From: Escherichia coli
GTDB lineage: Bacteria; Pseudomonadota; Gammaproteobacteria; Enterobacterales; Enterobacteriaceae
Length of the DNA stretch: 64,000 nt
Reading direction: 5' to 3' (one strand)
Assembly: GCF_046105845.1 (NCBI RefSeq)
Contig: NZ_CP151004.1
Shown here: in pieces, positions 10,532 to 21,508 of the stretch
Layout of the letters: each line of letters starts with the position of its first letter
Position numbering within the stretch: the first letter of the stretch is position 1
The notes under the pieces: generated by a model
The model's database searches: none
Seen by the model: the letters and a program-made list of their open reading frames with translations, nothing else
Told to the model about the DNA's origin: nothing
Program-made: the position numbers and the translations under genes

Positions 10532-11448
10532 CTATATGTACTCTTGATGATGGATCGCTGTGGCGAACTTTTCTGCGGTTAAATCAGCAGAACTGATATA
10601 ATATCTGACCGTCATTTCTGGCTCTTTCTTTTGTTCTGCTATTATGGACCGAAAGGAGACTGCAACGCATAATTTCTTCAGTCCTTTCCATTCAAACGTG
10701 AAATCAATAAGTTCATCAGGGACATCGCAAACAATATGAAGACGGATTTCTTCTCTGCCGTGACTCTTTTCACTAATGGCGTAACTGTCATGTTCTGGAT
10801 TATTTAATTCTTTCAGTGGAAATTTTTCCTCAAAGGCTTTATTAAGCCGCCCCTGATTTCCTTTTACAGCGAATAAATAATCACCGCCCTGTTTTGTATC
10901 TTCTCTGCAATATCTTTCTGGCAACCCATCGCATCAGTTGTGATGATTTTTCCTTTAATATCCAGCATGTTAAGAAGTTCAGGGATAGCTGTAATTTCAT
11001 TGGATTTCTCATCCGTCCTGATCTGTCCGATGACCAGACTGTGCATTGTTGAGAACGCACTAATGACATGAATCGCTCCCTTGCGGCGACTCTTGTCATA
11101 AGAATGCCGGAGTGTTTTTCCATCAATTGCGATGACGTCTTTATCATCTGAAGAATGGCAGTCACGCATCCAGTTAATAAAGCACTCGTGAAATTTTGCA
11201 GGACTGATACAGGATACAACTCTGGCAATGGTATCGTGAACAGGAATACCATTATCAAAATTACCATATTGCTTCAAAAAATCGAGATGTGTTTCCCCAA
11301 AATCCTCTATATCTTCCCAGCCTTCTGCACCCGAAATAACGGCACAAATAGTCAACAGTAGAATATCCGATAATTTATGTTCCACTTTCCAGGCTTGTCT
11401 GTAATCGGGGATAATAGAAATATGTCCCATCAATTTTTTAAGTTCCAT
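10532..11448 (-). mobile_element. H-repeat-associated (ISAs1-family) transposase pseudogene, frameshifted and 3'-truncated (YdcC-like)
   Basis: Two overlapping minus-strand ORFs (10864..11448 and 10532..10924) together read [32 protein letters not shown]... and ...[27 protein letters not shown]..., characteristic of H-repeat proteins; a frameshift near 10890-10920 and loss of about the last 75 codons; surrounded by AT-rich sequence. Confidence 0.8.
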
Positions 11449-11836
11449 TTTGTTCTCCTTAATTATGTAAGGAGTATTTGATCATGTATAAGCAATAAAA
11501 ACAGCTTCAGGAAATAAGGAATATCGCAATTTTTAAACATAAAATGCGAATCGTTCAATACAAAAAAGCAGCGTTGCGTAATCTTTCCCTGATTAAATAC
11601 GCTACCGCCCTACCCTGATGACATGATCTGCACTGCACTATCATATCGACATGTTTCTCTACATGCGAAAAGATGTTTTATTTTTGGATTATATTAAATT
11701 GATATTTCATATAAAAAACGAAATTACATCAATCATATAAATAGTTGTACCAACTTTAATTACTATTCATAGCAAACAAATGGATATCCAGTTAACTACG
11801 CCAGTGATTCATTAACATTAACCTCCGGCATTATTG

Positions 11837-12454
11837 TTAAATAATTTCATTCCTTTTTAATACTTCTTGTAATTTCGGTAACTGACATACAGCATCAGCA
11901 ATCGCACTGATATTCGTAGCATTATCCTGAAACCATTCATGCCCCGGCCCCCATGTGCGCATGGTGCAGAGATAACAGTCCACCAGCGTTAGTTGCTCAC
12001 CAAAGGCATAAGGTTCAGCGGTCAATTGTGAATTCAGCCAGATATAAAGCGATTTGCGATATTCAATTACATTCCTCTTTAACTGTTCAGGCGCGTCAGG
12101 AGCCCAACGCTCAGGGTAATCGGCGAAAGTGAATGTTGGATAGACATTAGCAACCAGCCAGACCAATAGCCGTTGAAACTGCTGACGTTCGGCGCGCCCA
12201 AGCGGTGGCGCAAGGTCCGGGCGACGATCGAGAACCATCAATGCAATCGCCGCTGTCTCCGTCATAATCTCGTCATTTTCCAGCGCCAGTGTCGGAATCT
12301 GACACAACGGGTTCAGGGTTTTCAATAACTCGCGTGAAGTTCCCTCGTGGTCAAAACCACTGACATCAACGAACTGATAAGGAATATCAGCCAGTGTTAG
12401 CATCAGCTCACTGATTGTAGAGCCCCATCCGGGTACGCCATACACCTTAATCAT
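11837..12454 (-). CDS. yncG: glutathione S-transferase-like protein
   Basis: 205-aa ORF with GST N- and C-terminal domain features; synteny upstream of ansP. Confidence 0.85.
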   Translation of the reverse strand: MIKVYGVPGWGSTISELMLTLADIPYQFVDVSGFDHEGTSRELLKTLNPLCQIPTLALENDEIMTETAAIALMVLDRRPDLAPPLGRAERQQFQRLLVWLVANVYPTFTFADYPERWAPDAPEQLKRNVIEYRKSLYIWLNSQLTAEPYAFGEQLTLVDCYLCTMRTWGPGHEWFQDNATNISAIADAVCQLPKLQEVLKRNEII

Positions 12455-12720
12455 ATGTCCCTCACAATCTTTTAAAGATTAAGTGTAGGACAGTACACAG
12501 GTTAACCAGCAAAAGGATTTGTCATTTTTTCGTCAGTTGTATTATTCCCCTTCAGGATTGTAAGGGGATGTTTTGCATCGTTTATCGATAACGGGTAGGA
12601 TGCTGCGCCGATAGTTTTATACCCATAAAGAATAATGGTGATAACTATCATCGCCAGGATGAATAAACATTGTTCATGGCAACTTATATGACTTTTTCAT
12701 TAAAGCAATCAGGGAGAGCA

Positions 12721-14220
12721 ATGAGTAAACACGACACCGACACTTCAGATCAACACGCCGCGAAACGCCGCTGGCTTAATGCCCACGAAGAGGGGTATCA
12801 CAAAGCGATGGGCAATCGCCAGGTGCAGATGATCGCCATTGGCGGCGCGATTGGCACCGGCTTGTTTTTAGGTGCAGGAGCCCGACTGCAAATGGCGGGG
12901 CCAGCACTGGCACTGGTCTATTTAATCTGCGGCCTGTTTTCATTTTTTATTCTGCGTGCATTGGGTGAGCTGGTGTTACACCGCCCTTCCAGTGGCAGTT
13001 TTGTCTCTTATGCCCGTGAGTTTTTAGGAGAGAAAGCCGCTTACGTTGCAGGCTGGATGTACTTCATCAACTGGGCGATGACGGGGATTGTCGATATTAC
13101 CGCCGTTGCACTGTATATGCATTACTGGGGTGCGTTTGGCGGCGTGCCGCAGTGGGTCTTTGCGCTCGCTGCGCTGACCATCGTTGGCACCATGAATATG
13201 ATTGGTGTGAAATGGTTTGCCGAGATGGAGTTCTGGTTTGCGCTTATTAAAGTGCTCGCCATTGTGACCTTTTTGGTCGTGGGTACAGTGTTCCTCGGTA
13301 GTGGTCAGCCGCTGGATGGCAACACCACTGGCTTTCATTTAATTACCGATAACGGCGGCTTCTTCCCCCACGGTTTGCTACCTGCGCTGGTGTTGATTCA
13401 GGGCGTAGTGTTTGCTTTTGCCTCCATTGAAATGGTGGGTACAGCTGCCGGAGAATGTAAAGATCCGCAGACCATGGTGCCTAAAGCGATTAACAGTGTG
13501 ATTTGGCGTATTGGCCTGTTTTACGTCGGCTCCGTGGTGTTGCTGGTTATGTTATTGCCGTGGAGCGCGTATCAGGCGGGGCAAAGTCCGTTCGTGACGT
13601 TTTTCTCTAAACTGGGTGTGCCGTACATCGGCAGCATTATGAACATTGTGGTGCTGACCGCTGCCCTCTCCAGCCTGAACTCAGGTCTGTACTGCACCGG
13701 ACGTATTCTGCGCTCGATGGCGATGGGCGGTTCCGCACCGAGTTTTATGGCGAAAATGAGTCGTCAGCATGTGCCGTATGCCGGGATTCTGGCGACACTG
13801 GTTGTGTATGTCGTCGGCGTATTCCTCAACTATCTGGTGCCGTCGCGCGTATTTGAGATTGTGTTGAACTTCGCGTCGCTGGGAATCATCGCTTCATGGG
13901 CGTTTATCATCGTGTGCCAGATGCGCCTGCGTAAAGCGATTAAAGAAGGCAAAGCAGCGGATGTCAGTTTTAAACTGCCTGGCGCGCCCTTCACTTCCTG
14001 GCTGACATTACTGTTTTTGCTGAGCGTCCTGGTGCTGATGGCGTTCGATTACCCGAACGGGACTTATACCATCGCGGCGCTGCCGATTATCGGTATTCTG
14101 CTGGTTATAGGCTGGTTTGGTGTGCGCAAACGCGTTGCTGAAATTCACAGCACTGCGCCAGTCGTCGAGGAAGATGAAGAACAACAGGAAATTGTGTTTA
14201 AACCTGAAACGGCGAGTTAA
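12721..14220 (+). CDS. ansP: L-asparagine permease (APC family amino-acid transporter)
   Basis: Track ORF 12670..14220; start at internal ATG (MSKHDTDTSDQ...) gives 499 aa; 12-TM amino-acid permease signature. Confidence 0.9.
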   Translation: MSKHDTDTSDQHAAKRRWLNAHEEGYHKAMGNRQVQMIAIGGAIGTGLFLGAGARLQMAGPALALVYLICGLFSFFILRALGELVLHRPSSGSFVSYAREFLGEKAAYVAGWMYFINWAMTGIVDITAVALYMHYWGAFGGVPQWVFALAALTIVGTMNMIGVKWFAEMEFWFALIKVLAIVTFLVVGTVFLGSGQPLDGNTTGFHLITDNGGFFPHGLLPALVLIQGVVFAFASIEMVGTAAGECKDPQTMVPKAINSVIWRIGLFYVGSVVLLVMLLPWSAYQAGQSPFVTFFSKLGVPYIGSIMNIVVLTAALSSLNSGLYCTGRILRSMAMGGSAPSFMAKMSRQHVPYAGILATLVVYVVGVFLNYLVPSRVFEIVLNFASLGIIASWAFIIVCQMRLRKAIKEGKAADVSFKLPGAPFTSWLTLLFLLSVLVLMAFDYPNGTYTIAALPIIGILLVIGWFGVRKRVAEIHSTAPVVEEDEEQQEIVFKPETAS

Positions 14221-14333
14221 TTGCAAAATTGCCCGGCTACGTGCCGGGCAAATTCAAATTACTGACGAAGGTGCCGGATACGGCGTGATAAAAGTCAGGC
14301 AAGTCTCTCCGTTTTCACCCTCGCCCATGTCGT

Positions 14334-15395
14334 TTATAGCGCAATACGAATCACATCGTCCGGCTGGGTTGCTTCCTGCTGTTTAGTGGATTTTTGTTTC
14401 ACACTGACATACAGCGTTTTACCATCGGCAGACAGCGCCAGGCTGTTCGGATGAGTCGGCGTATCGAACGTTTTCACCACTTTATAGCTTTTCGCGTCAA
14501 TCACACTGACTTTACCTGCCTGACGATGCGTTACGTAGGCTTCATTACGCGCGGGGTTAAACAGCACAGCCAGTGATTCCGGTGCCGCAACCTTCGCCAG
14601 AATATTGCCATTGCGGGTATCGACCACTAACACTTCTGCCGCTTTAGAATCGGTGATAAATGCACGCTGCCTGGCGGTATCAAGGCTGATGTTGATAAAG
14701 AAGTGCTCTTTGCCATCATCCAGCAGCTTTTTACGGCTGAGGATTTTATTGTCGGCGGTGTCGATGGTAATCAATTCGCCGTCAGCGTTAGTGGTGTAAA
14801 GACGTTTGCCTTTGCTATCCAGCGCTAAACCGGTACTCATTTTACCGGTGTTCTGGATGGCGGTTTTCAGTTTGATATTCTCGCCATCAACGACCCAAAT
14901 CACGCTATCTTTACCAATACCACTGATGTAAACGGTGTTCGTGGCATCATCAGCTACCAGCTCACGCGGTTGCAGCGGGCGCACCTCTTCCGTGCGCTTA
15001 CGATCATCCAGCACCAGACGGCCTTTCACTTCGCCCGTTTTGGCATCTATCGCCGTGACCGCGCTGTTTACGGTGTTACCAAACCACAACGTCTGAGTCG
15101 TGTTATTGATGGTGGCACCAAACGGCTTGAGATCGTTATGGATCGCCTGCGTCACTTCCAGAGTGACCGGATCAAGACGATAAACCACGCCACCTTTATC
15201 CAGTTTGCGGCTTTGCGAAGTGGCGAGCCACAGCGCGTTTTCTTGCTGGCTATAAGCCATTTCGTAGGCACCTTTACCTACCGCTTTACGCAGCATTTCT
15301 TCTGCGGCCTGCGTACTGAATGATGAAGCAACAAGCAATGAACCTAACAGTAATGAACCACGCAGGCGCGATGAAAACAGATGACGTAAATGCAT
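14334..15395 (-). CDS. yncE: periplasmic beta-propeller (PQQ-like repeat) protein
   Basis: 353-aa ORF with signal peptide and repeated beta-propeller blades. Confidence 0.85.
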   Translation of the reverse strand: MHLRHLFSSRLRGSLLLGSLLVASSFSTQAAEEMLRKAVGKGAYEMAYSQQENALWLATSQSRKLDKGGVVYRLDPVTLEVTQAIHNDLKPFGATINNTTQTLWFGNTVNSAVTAIDAKTGEVKGRLVLDDRKRTEEVRPLQPRELVADDATNTVYISGIGKDSVIWVVDGENIKLKTAIQNTGKMSTGLALDSKGKRLYTTNADGELITIDTADNKILSRKKLLDDGKEHFFINISLDTARQRAFITDSKAAEVLVVDTRNGNILAKVAAPESLAVLFNPARNEAYVTHRQAGKVSVIDAKSYKVVKTFDTPTHPNSLALSADGKTLYVSVKQKSTKQQEATQPDDVIRIAL

Positions 15396-15636
15396 GACGA
15401 CTCCCTTTGATGAACCGATATTTTTGCTGCTTCACAATGCTTCGCTAAGCGTAATCATCGTTACGCTCTTGTTATAAATGGGAATGGTAATCATTATTTT
15501 CTCAAATGTGGAGCATTTCTTGCCGTTACGACTACAATTTTCTCAATTACTTAACGTATCGTGCCGTTTCGTTTTCCATAAATTTACAATTTTATTACCA
15601 TGGCGGCGTTTTCCCATTCTTAACCTGGCTTTTTTC

Positions 15637-17739
15637 ATGAAGATTTTTTCCGTCCGACAGACCGTTTTGCCCGCACTGCTTGTCCTTTCCCCCGTTGTTT
15701 TTGCCGCTGATGAACAGACCATGATTGTCAGTGCCGCACCGCAGGTGGTTTCAGAACTGGATACCCCAGCAGCCGTGAGCGTGGTGGATGGCGAGGAGAT
15801 GCGCCTGGCAACACCGCGCATTAACTTGTCCGAATCACTGACCAGCGTGCCTGGTTTGCAGGTACAAAACCGGCAGAACTATGCGCAAGATTTACAGCTG
15901 TCGATTCGCGGATTTGGCTCCCGCTCCACTTACGGAATTCGCGGTATTCGCCTGTATGTGGACGGTATTCCCGCCACCATGCCCGACGGACAAGGGCAAA
16001 CATCCAACATCGATTTAAGCAGTGTACAAAATGTGGAAGTGCTGCGCGGCCCCTTCTCTGCCCTGTATGGCAACGCCTCCGGCGGGGTGATGAATGTCAC
16101 TACGCAAACCGGACAGCAACCGCCAACCATTGAAGCCAGTAGTTACTACGGCAGTTTTGGCAGCTGGCGCTATGGGCTGAAAGCAACGGGCGCAACGGGC
16201 GACGGCACACAGCCTGGCGATGTCGATTACACCGTCTCAACCACGCGCTTTACGACCCACGGCTATCGTGACCATAGCGGCGCACAGAAAAATTTGGCCA
16301 ATGCCAAACTGGGCGTACGCATTGATGAAGCCAGTAAATTAAGCCTGATTTTCAATAGTGTGGATATCAAAGCAGATGATCCTGGTGGATTAACCGAAGC
16401 AGAATGGAAGGCGAATCCGCAACAAGCGCCACGCGCTGAACAGTACGACACGCGAAAAAGCATCAAGCAAACTCAGGCTGGGTTGCGCTATGAACGTAGC
16501 CTGAGCGCACAAGATGATATGAGTGTAATGATGTATGCCGGAGAGCGAGAAACGACCCAGTACCAGTCAATACCCATGGCACCACAACTTAACCCGTCGC
16601 ATGCGGGCGGCGTGATTACTCTGCAACGCCATTATCAGGGGATAGACAGCCGCTGGACACACCGTGGCGAGCTGGGCGTTCCGGTCACGTTCACTACTGG
16701 CCTGAACTACGAAAACATGAGTGAAAACCGCAAGGGCTACAATAACTTCCGCCTGTATAGCGGCGTGCCGGAATACGGGCAAAAAGGTGAGTTGCGCCGC
16801 GACGAACGCAATCTGATGTGGAACGTCGATCCCTATTTACAGACACAGTGGCAGCTGAGTGAAAAACTGTCGCTGGATGCTGGCGTGCGCTACAGTTCCG
16901 TGTGGTTTGATTCCAACGACCATTACGTTACTCCGGGTAACGGCGATGACAGCGGTGATGCCAGTTATCACAAATGGCTACCTGCCGGATCGTTAAAATA
17001 TGCAATGACCGATGCCTGGAATATCTATCTGGCAGCCGGGCGTGGTTTTGAAACGCCGACGATTAATGAGCTGTCTTATCGTGCTGACGGTCAAAGCGGT
17101 ATGAACTTTGGTTTAAAACCATCCACCAACGATACAATTGAGATCGGCAGTAAAACGCGTATTGGTGATGGGCTGCTTAGTCTCGCATTGTTCCAGACCG
17201 ACACCGATGATGAAATTGTTGTTGATAGCAGTAGCGGTGGGCGTACGACTTACAAAAATGCCGGAAAGACCCGTCGTCAAGGCGCTGAACTGGCATGGGA
17301 TCAACGTTTCGCGGGAGATTTTCGCGTAAACGCGTCCTGGACCTGGCTCGATGCGACCTATCGCAGCAATGTGTGCAATGAACAGGATTGTAACGGTAAC
17401 CGGATGCCAGGGATCGCCCGTAATATGGGCTTTGCGTCGATAGGTTATGTACCGGAAGATGGCTGGTATGCAGGTACGGAAGCGCGTTACATGGGCGATA
17501 TTATGGCAGATGATGAAAATACGGCCAAAGCGCCGTCTTATACTCTCGTCGGCTTATTCACCGGGTATAAATACAATTACCACAATTTAACTGTGGATTT
17601 ATTTGGTTGTGTCGATAATTTATTCGATAAAGGATACGTTGGTTCTGTCATTGTCAATGAGTCAAACGGGCGATATTACGAACCTGCGCCCGGGCGAAAT
17701 TATGGTGTCGGCATGAATATTGCGTGGCGATTTGAGTAA
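15637..17739 (+). CDS. yncD: TonB-dependent outer-membrane receptor
   Basis: Track ORF 15478..17739; start at MKIFSVRQTVLPALLVLSPVVFA (signal peptide) gives 700 aa; plug domain and C-terminal ...NIAWRFE ending typical of TonB-dependent receptors. Confidence 0.9.
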   Translation: MKIFSVRQTVLPALLVLSPVVFAADEQTMIVSAAPQVVSELDTPAAVSVVDGEEMRLATPRINLSESLTSVPGLQVQNRQNYAQDLQLSIRGFGSRSTYGIRGIRLYVDGIPATMPDGQGQTSNIDLSSVQNVEVLRGPFSALYGNASGGVMNVTTQTGQQPPTIEASSYYGSFGSWRYGLKATGATGDGTQPGDVDYTVSTTRFTTHGYRDHSGAQKNLANAKLGVRIDEASKLSLIFNSVDIKADDPGGLTEAEWKANPQQAPRAEQYDTRKSIKQTQAGLRYERSLSAQDDMSVMMYAGERETTQYQSIPMAPQLNPSHAGGVITLQRHYQGIDSRWTHRGELGVPVTFTTGLNYENMSENRKGYNNFRLYSGVPEYGQKGELRRDERNLMWNVDPYLQTQWQLSEKLSLDAGVRYSSVWFDSNDHYVTPGNGDDSGDASYHKWLPAGSLKYAMTDAWNIYLAAGRGFETPTINELSYRADGQSGMNFGLKPSTNDTIEIGSKTRIGDGLLSLALFQTDTDDEIVVDSSSGGRTTYKNAGKTRRQGAELAWDQRFAGDFRVNASWTWLDATYRSNVCNEQDCNGNRMPGIARNMGFASIGYVPEDGWYAGTEARYMGDIMADDENTAKAPSYTLVGLFTGYKYNYHNLTVDLFGCVDNLFDKGYVGSVIVNESNGRYYEPAPGRNYGVGMNIAWRFE

Positions 17740-17747
17740 TTACCTTG

Positions 17748-17772
17748 ATGCCCGGTATTTGCCGGGCATTTA
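17748..17772. terminator. stem-loop, likely bidirectional intrinsic terminator between yncD and mcbR
   Basis: atgcccgg-tattt-ccgggcat hairpin followed by a T-rich run, between convergent genes. Confidence 0.55.
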
Positions 17773-17774
17773 AT

Positions 17775-18440
17775 TTAACGATTGTATTGCTGGTATAAAA
17801 TAGCAATATTTTGTTGCATAATTTCAGCAAGAAAATGTCTGCATCCCTCTTTGTCTTTTGCTTTTAACGCGGCGAGTAATAGACGATAGTTTTCTATACG
17901 CTCCCGTAATTCCGCTGGATTAATCGCTTCATAGAGATAATGTAAACCAGGTCCCATCCTGACCCACAGTTGCTCAATCATCTCACACAAGATGGGCATA
18001 TTTGAACGATAATAAATCGCTAAGCGAAATAGCCTGTTCGCATTAATGATTTGTTCCATTTCGCCCTTTTCTTGCGCCTGCTGTAATTTCTCGAGCAATT
18101 CCTCGAGTTCCGCCAGGTCTTGCGGGGTGAGGTTTTCAACAGCCAGAGCAACTGCCATTAATTCCAGTTCGTAGCGGATCCGATTGATTTCGTCTAATTG
18201 ACGTTTCCCCACTTCCGGAACTGTAAATGCTTGCGCTGGTGCGACAGAAAGCGCATTCACCGAAACCAGACGTAATAATGCTTCACGCACAGGTGTAATA
18301 CTCATACCTAATTGCTCCGCCAGATTTTTAGTAATCAGGCGTGCGCCAGGTTTTAGTGCTCCAATACTAAGCTGATGTTTCAGGTCGTTCTCAACCTTCA
18401 TAGTTAAACTGATATGCGGTATTTTTTCCGTTCCAGGCAT
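17775..18440 (-). CDS. mcbR: GntR-family transcriptional regulator (colanic acid/biofilm regulator McbR)
   Basis: 221-aa ORF with N-terminal winged-HTH GntR domain and FCD-type C-terminal domain. Confidence 0.85.
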   Translation of the reverse strand: MPGTEKIPHISLTMKVENDLKHQLSIGALKPGARLITKNLAEQLGMSITPVREALLRLVSVNALSVAPAQAFTVPEVGKRQLDEINRIRYELELMAVALAVENLTPQDLAELEELLEKLQQAQEKGEMEQIINANRLFRLAIYYRSNMPILCEMIEQLWVRMGPGLHYLYEAINPAELRERIENYRLLLAALKAKDKEGCRHFLAEIMQQNIAILYQQYNR

Positions 18441-18638
18441 GTTATTTCCTTCAGGTGTTTTCGTTCCAACTCTGCCAGCACAGCAGAAGTCGTTTACCTG
18501 GCGTATGAAGCTGAATAATCATTATCCACTCACCTTTATTGTTATTAGCTACAGAACAGAGAAGTGGTAAGTTAATTAAAGCTGGAAATAAGCTTTTTGT
18601 CTGGATTTTTATGGCGACTTTACGCCGCCGTCGTATCT

Positions 18639-19676
18639 TTAATCATCACCCGCCACGCGGATCACCACTTTGCCGAAGTTTTTACCCTTCAGCAGGCCGA
18701 TAAATGTCTGTGGCGCATTCTCTAAACCGTCAGTAATTTCTTCGCGGTAGTGGATTTTATCCTCTTTCACCCATTGCCCCATCTCCTTCTGAAACTCATG
18801 GATGCGGTGACCATAATCCTGAGCGATAATAAATCCTTGCAAGCGAATACGTTTTTTCAGCACTGTAGCCATCAACAGAGGTAAACGATCCGGACCGGGT
18901 GGTAGCTCTGTAGCGTTATAGCTGCTCACTAAGCCACAAACGGGAATGCGCGCAGATGTATTAAGTAAAGGTAGCACTGCATCAAATACCTTACCGCCCA
19001 CGTTTTCATAATAGATATCAATACCTTTTGGGCACGCTTTCGCCAGTTGTTCGGCAAAATCATCCGCATGGTGATCAAGGCATACATCGAAGCCTAACAC
19101 CTCGGTAGCATGGCGGCATTTTTCCGCGCCACCGGCTATCCCCACCACCCTGCAACCTTTAAGTTTGCCGATTTGACCCACCGTCGCCCCCACTGGTCCT
19201 GTCGCCGCAGCTACCACCAGCGTTTCGCCCTCTTTGGGCTGACCGATATCCAGCAGCCCCATATAAGCGGTAAAGCCTGGCATCCCCAGCACACCCAGCG
19301 ACCACGATGGATTTTGCGGATGATCGCCAAGTTTCACCAGTTCATCACCACTGGATATGTCATAGTCCTGCCATCCACTGTAGCCCAGTACCCAGTCGCC
19401 AGGCTGATAATCAGGATGATTCGACTCCACGACACGGCTCACCGTGCCGCCGACCATCACGCCGCCAATATCAACAGGCGGTGAATAAGATGGCTCATCG
19501 CTCATACGTCCACGCATATACGGGTCCAGGGACAAATAAACTGTGCGCAGTAACACCTGTCCTTCACCCGGTGTGGCGACATCATCTTCTTCAAGACGGA
19601 AATTCTCCGGAACCGGTGCGCCATGCGGACGCGAGGCCAGAACCCAACGGCGGTTACGCTGCTTTTGTTGCCCCAT
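18639..19676 (-). CDS. curA: NADPH-dependent curcumin/dihydrocurcumin reductase (MDR-family oxidoreductase)
   Basis: Track ORF 18639..19769; start at internal MGQQKQRNRRWVL... gives 345 aa; zinc-independent MDR fold with nucleotide-binding motif AAATGPVG. Confidence 0.85.
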   Translation of the reverse strand: MGQQKQRNRRWVLASRPHGAPVPENFRLEEDDVATPGEGQVLLRTVYLSLDPYMRGRMSDEPSYSPPVDIGGVMVGGTVSRVVESNHPDYQPGDWVLGYSGWQDYDISSGDELVKLGDHPQNPSWSLGVLGMPGFTAYMGLLDIGQPKEGETLVVAAATGPVGATVGQIGKLKGCRVVGIAGGAEKCRHATEVLGFDVCLDHHADDFAEQLAKACPKGIDIYYENVGGKVFDAVLPLLNTSARIPVCGLVSSYNATELPPGPDRLPLLMATVLKKRIRLQGFIIAQDYGHRIHEFQKEMGQWVKEDKIHYREEITDGLENAPQTFIGLLKGKNFGKVVIRVAGDD

Positions 19677-19856
19677 AATGCTCTCCTGTGCTTTTAGCAT
19701 GAATCCATCAATAGTAGCAGGCTCACGGGATTGGTTTTGTTTGCAGCCGTCACATCCCCTCTGCAACACGCAATAATTTCATCGAGGAATCCGTTGCTTC
19801 GGGCTGTTTTCGATAGTATTGATAACATCATCATCATTATTTTATCGAGGCCAGAC

Positions 19857-20375
19857 ATGTCCATCCGTTTTGCCCGCAAAGCCGACTGTGCTGCCATTGC
19901 GGAAATTTATAACCACGCCGTGTTGTATACGGCGGCTATCTGGAATGACCAAACGGTGGATGCAGATAACCGCATTGCCTGGTTCGAAGCGCGGACTTTA
20001 GCAGGTTATCCGGTGCTGGTGAGTGAAGAAGATGGCGTCGTTACAGGATATGCCTCGTTTGGCGACTGGCGTAGTTTCGATGGTTTTCGCCATACCGTGG
20101 AACATTCGGTTTATGTCCATCCCGATCATCAGGGCAAAGGTCTTGGGCGTAAATTGTTAAGCCGATTGATTGATGAAGCGCGGGATTGCGGGAAGCATGT
20201 CATGGTCGCCGGGATCGAATCGCAAAATCAGGCGTCTTTGCATCTGCACCAGTCGTTGGGATTTGTCGTCACCGCACAAATGCCGCAGGTAGGCACTAAA
20301 TTTGGGCGCTGGCTGGATCTGACATTTATGCAGTTGCAACTCGACGAGCGCACTGAACCGGACGCGATTGGATGA
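19857..20375 (+). CDS. mnaT: GNAT family L-amino-acid N-acyltransferase
   Basis: Track ORF 19731..20375; start at MSIRFARKADC... gives 172 aa; GNAT motifs (QGKGLGRKLL). Confidence 0.85.
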   Translation: MSIRFARKADCAAIAEIYNHAVLYTAAIWNDQTVDADNRIAWFEARTLAGYPVLVSEEDGVVTGYASFGDWRSFDGFRHTVEHSVYVHPDHQGKGLGRKLLSRLIDEARDCGKHVMVAGIESQNQASLHLHQSLGFVVTAQMPQVGTKFGRWLDLTFMQLQLDERTEPDAIG

Positions 20376-20821
20376 ATCAGTCGCTTACCCTTGCTTTTTT
20401 GATTGCCGCCGGAATTGGTCTGGTAGTCCAGAACACGTTGATGGTGCGCATCACCCAGACCTCCTCTACCATTCTCATCGCCATGTTGCTGAACTCTTTG
20501 GTAGGAATTGTGCTGTTCGTTTCTATTTTATGGTTTAAACAAGGCATGGCGGGGTTTGGCGAACTGGTGTCCAGCGTGCGCTGGTGGACACTTATACCTG
20601 GCTTGCTGGGATCGTTTTTTGTCTTCGCCAGTATCAGCGGATATCAGAATGTGGGAGCGGCGACAACTATTGCGGTACTGGTCGCCAGCCAGCTGATTGG
20701 CGGTCTGGTGCTGGATATCTTCCGCAGCCATGGCGTACCACTACGGGCGTTGATCGGCCCAATTTGTGGCGCAATTTTACTTGTGGTTGGTGCCTGGCTG
20801 GTGGCCAGGCGCACATTTTAA
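20372..20821 (+). CDS. ydcZ: inner-membrane protein, DUF606 family
   Basis: 149-aa hydrophobic ORF overlapping the mnaT stop by 4 nt. Confidence 0.8.
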   Translation: MNQSLTLAFLIAAGIGLVVQNTLMVRITQTSSTILIAMLLNSLVGIVLFVSILWFKQGMAGFGELVSSVRWWTLIPGLLGSFFVFASISGYQNVGAATTIAVLVASQLIGGLVLDIFRSHGVPLRALIGPICGAILLVVGAWLVARRTF

Positions 20822-21055
20822 TCAGAGGATGGTGCCACCTTTGGTTAACTGTTCGTGGCGCGCTTCCATATCTTCTTTATGCTTGCGACCGTGATGGGCG
20901 ATCGCTGTGCGCAGACGCTGCTGCTGGGTGTAGCGATCTTCCCGACTTAACTCCGCGTCATCGCTCAGGGCGATTAATAATTCGTTCATATGGGCAATGA
21001 CGCTCTCTTCAATCGCGGCATCCACGCGCGCGATGACTTCATCCAGATGCGACAT
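20822..21055 (-). CDS. ydcY: small uncharacterized protein
   Basis: 77-aa ORF in conserved position; acidic/helical. Confidence 0.7.
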   Translation of the reverse strand: MSHLDEVIARVDAAIEESVIAHMNELLIALSDDAELSREDRYTQQQRLRTAIAHHGRKHKEDMEARHEQLTKGGTIL

Positions 21056-21140
21056 ACTTTCTCCTTAGCCACTTGTGAAATTTATCGATTCATCCAAATG
21101 ATATAAGTCTGCGTGGTGCCGTCAAGCCAGTGAGTAAGAT

Positions 21141-21314
21141 TTAAAACAGTGAAAACAACAGCGCCACCGGGAAACTCATCGGCCATGTTGCCCCCACCAG
21201 AAAGGCGCTTAAGAAACGGATGCGTTTCTTATCGTGAGAAAGAAACCAGGTGATAAGAAATGCGATTGCTGCCATAACCGCATAAAAAACAAGCATGTGT
21301 TGATAGAGAGACAT
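21141..21314 (-). CDS. ortT: small membrane toxin-like protein (orphan GhoT-like toxin OrtT)
   Basis: Track ORF 21141..21389; start at internal MSLYQHMLVFYAVMAAIAFL... gives 57 aa with two predicted TM helices. Confidence 0.7.
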   Translation of the reverse strand: MSLYQHMLVFYAVMAAIAFLITWFLSHDKKRIRFLSAFLVGATWPMSFPVALLFSLF

Positions 21315-21508
21315 GTACGGGCGTCCAGCCAGATGAATAAAACGCGCGCAAATATGCGTCATTTTTTGACGTGCATCAAGTTTTTTCACCAGTTTGAGAA
21401 AAAATCATCAAACAGCAACTTGCCCTTATCCATCTTCAGAATGAGTATTATTGCGGATTTTCTTAACCCGTACTATACACATAGGGGCAATGATAAAAGG
21501 TGGCAAAA

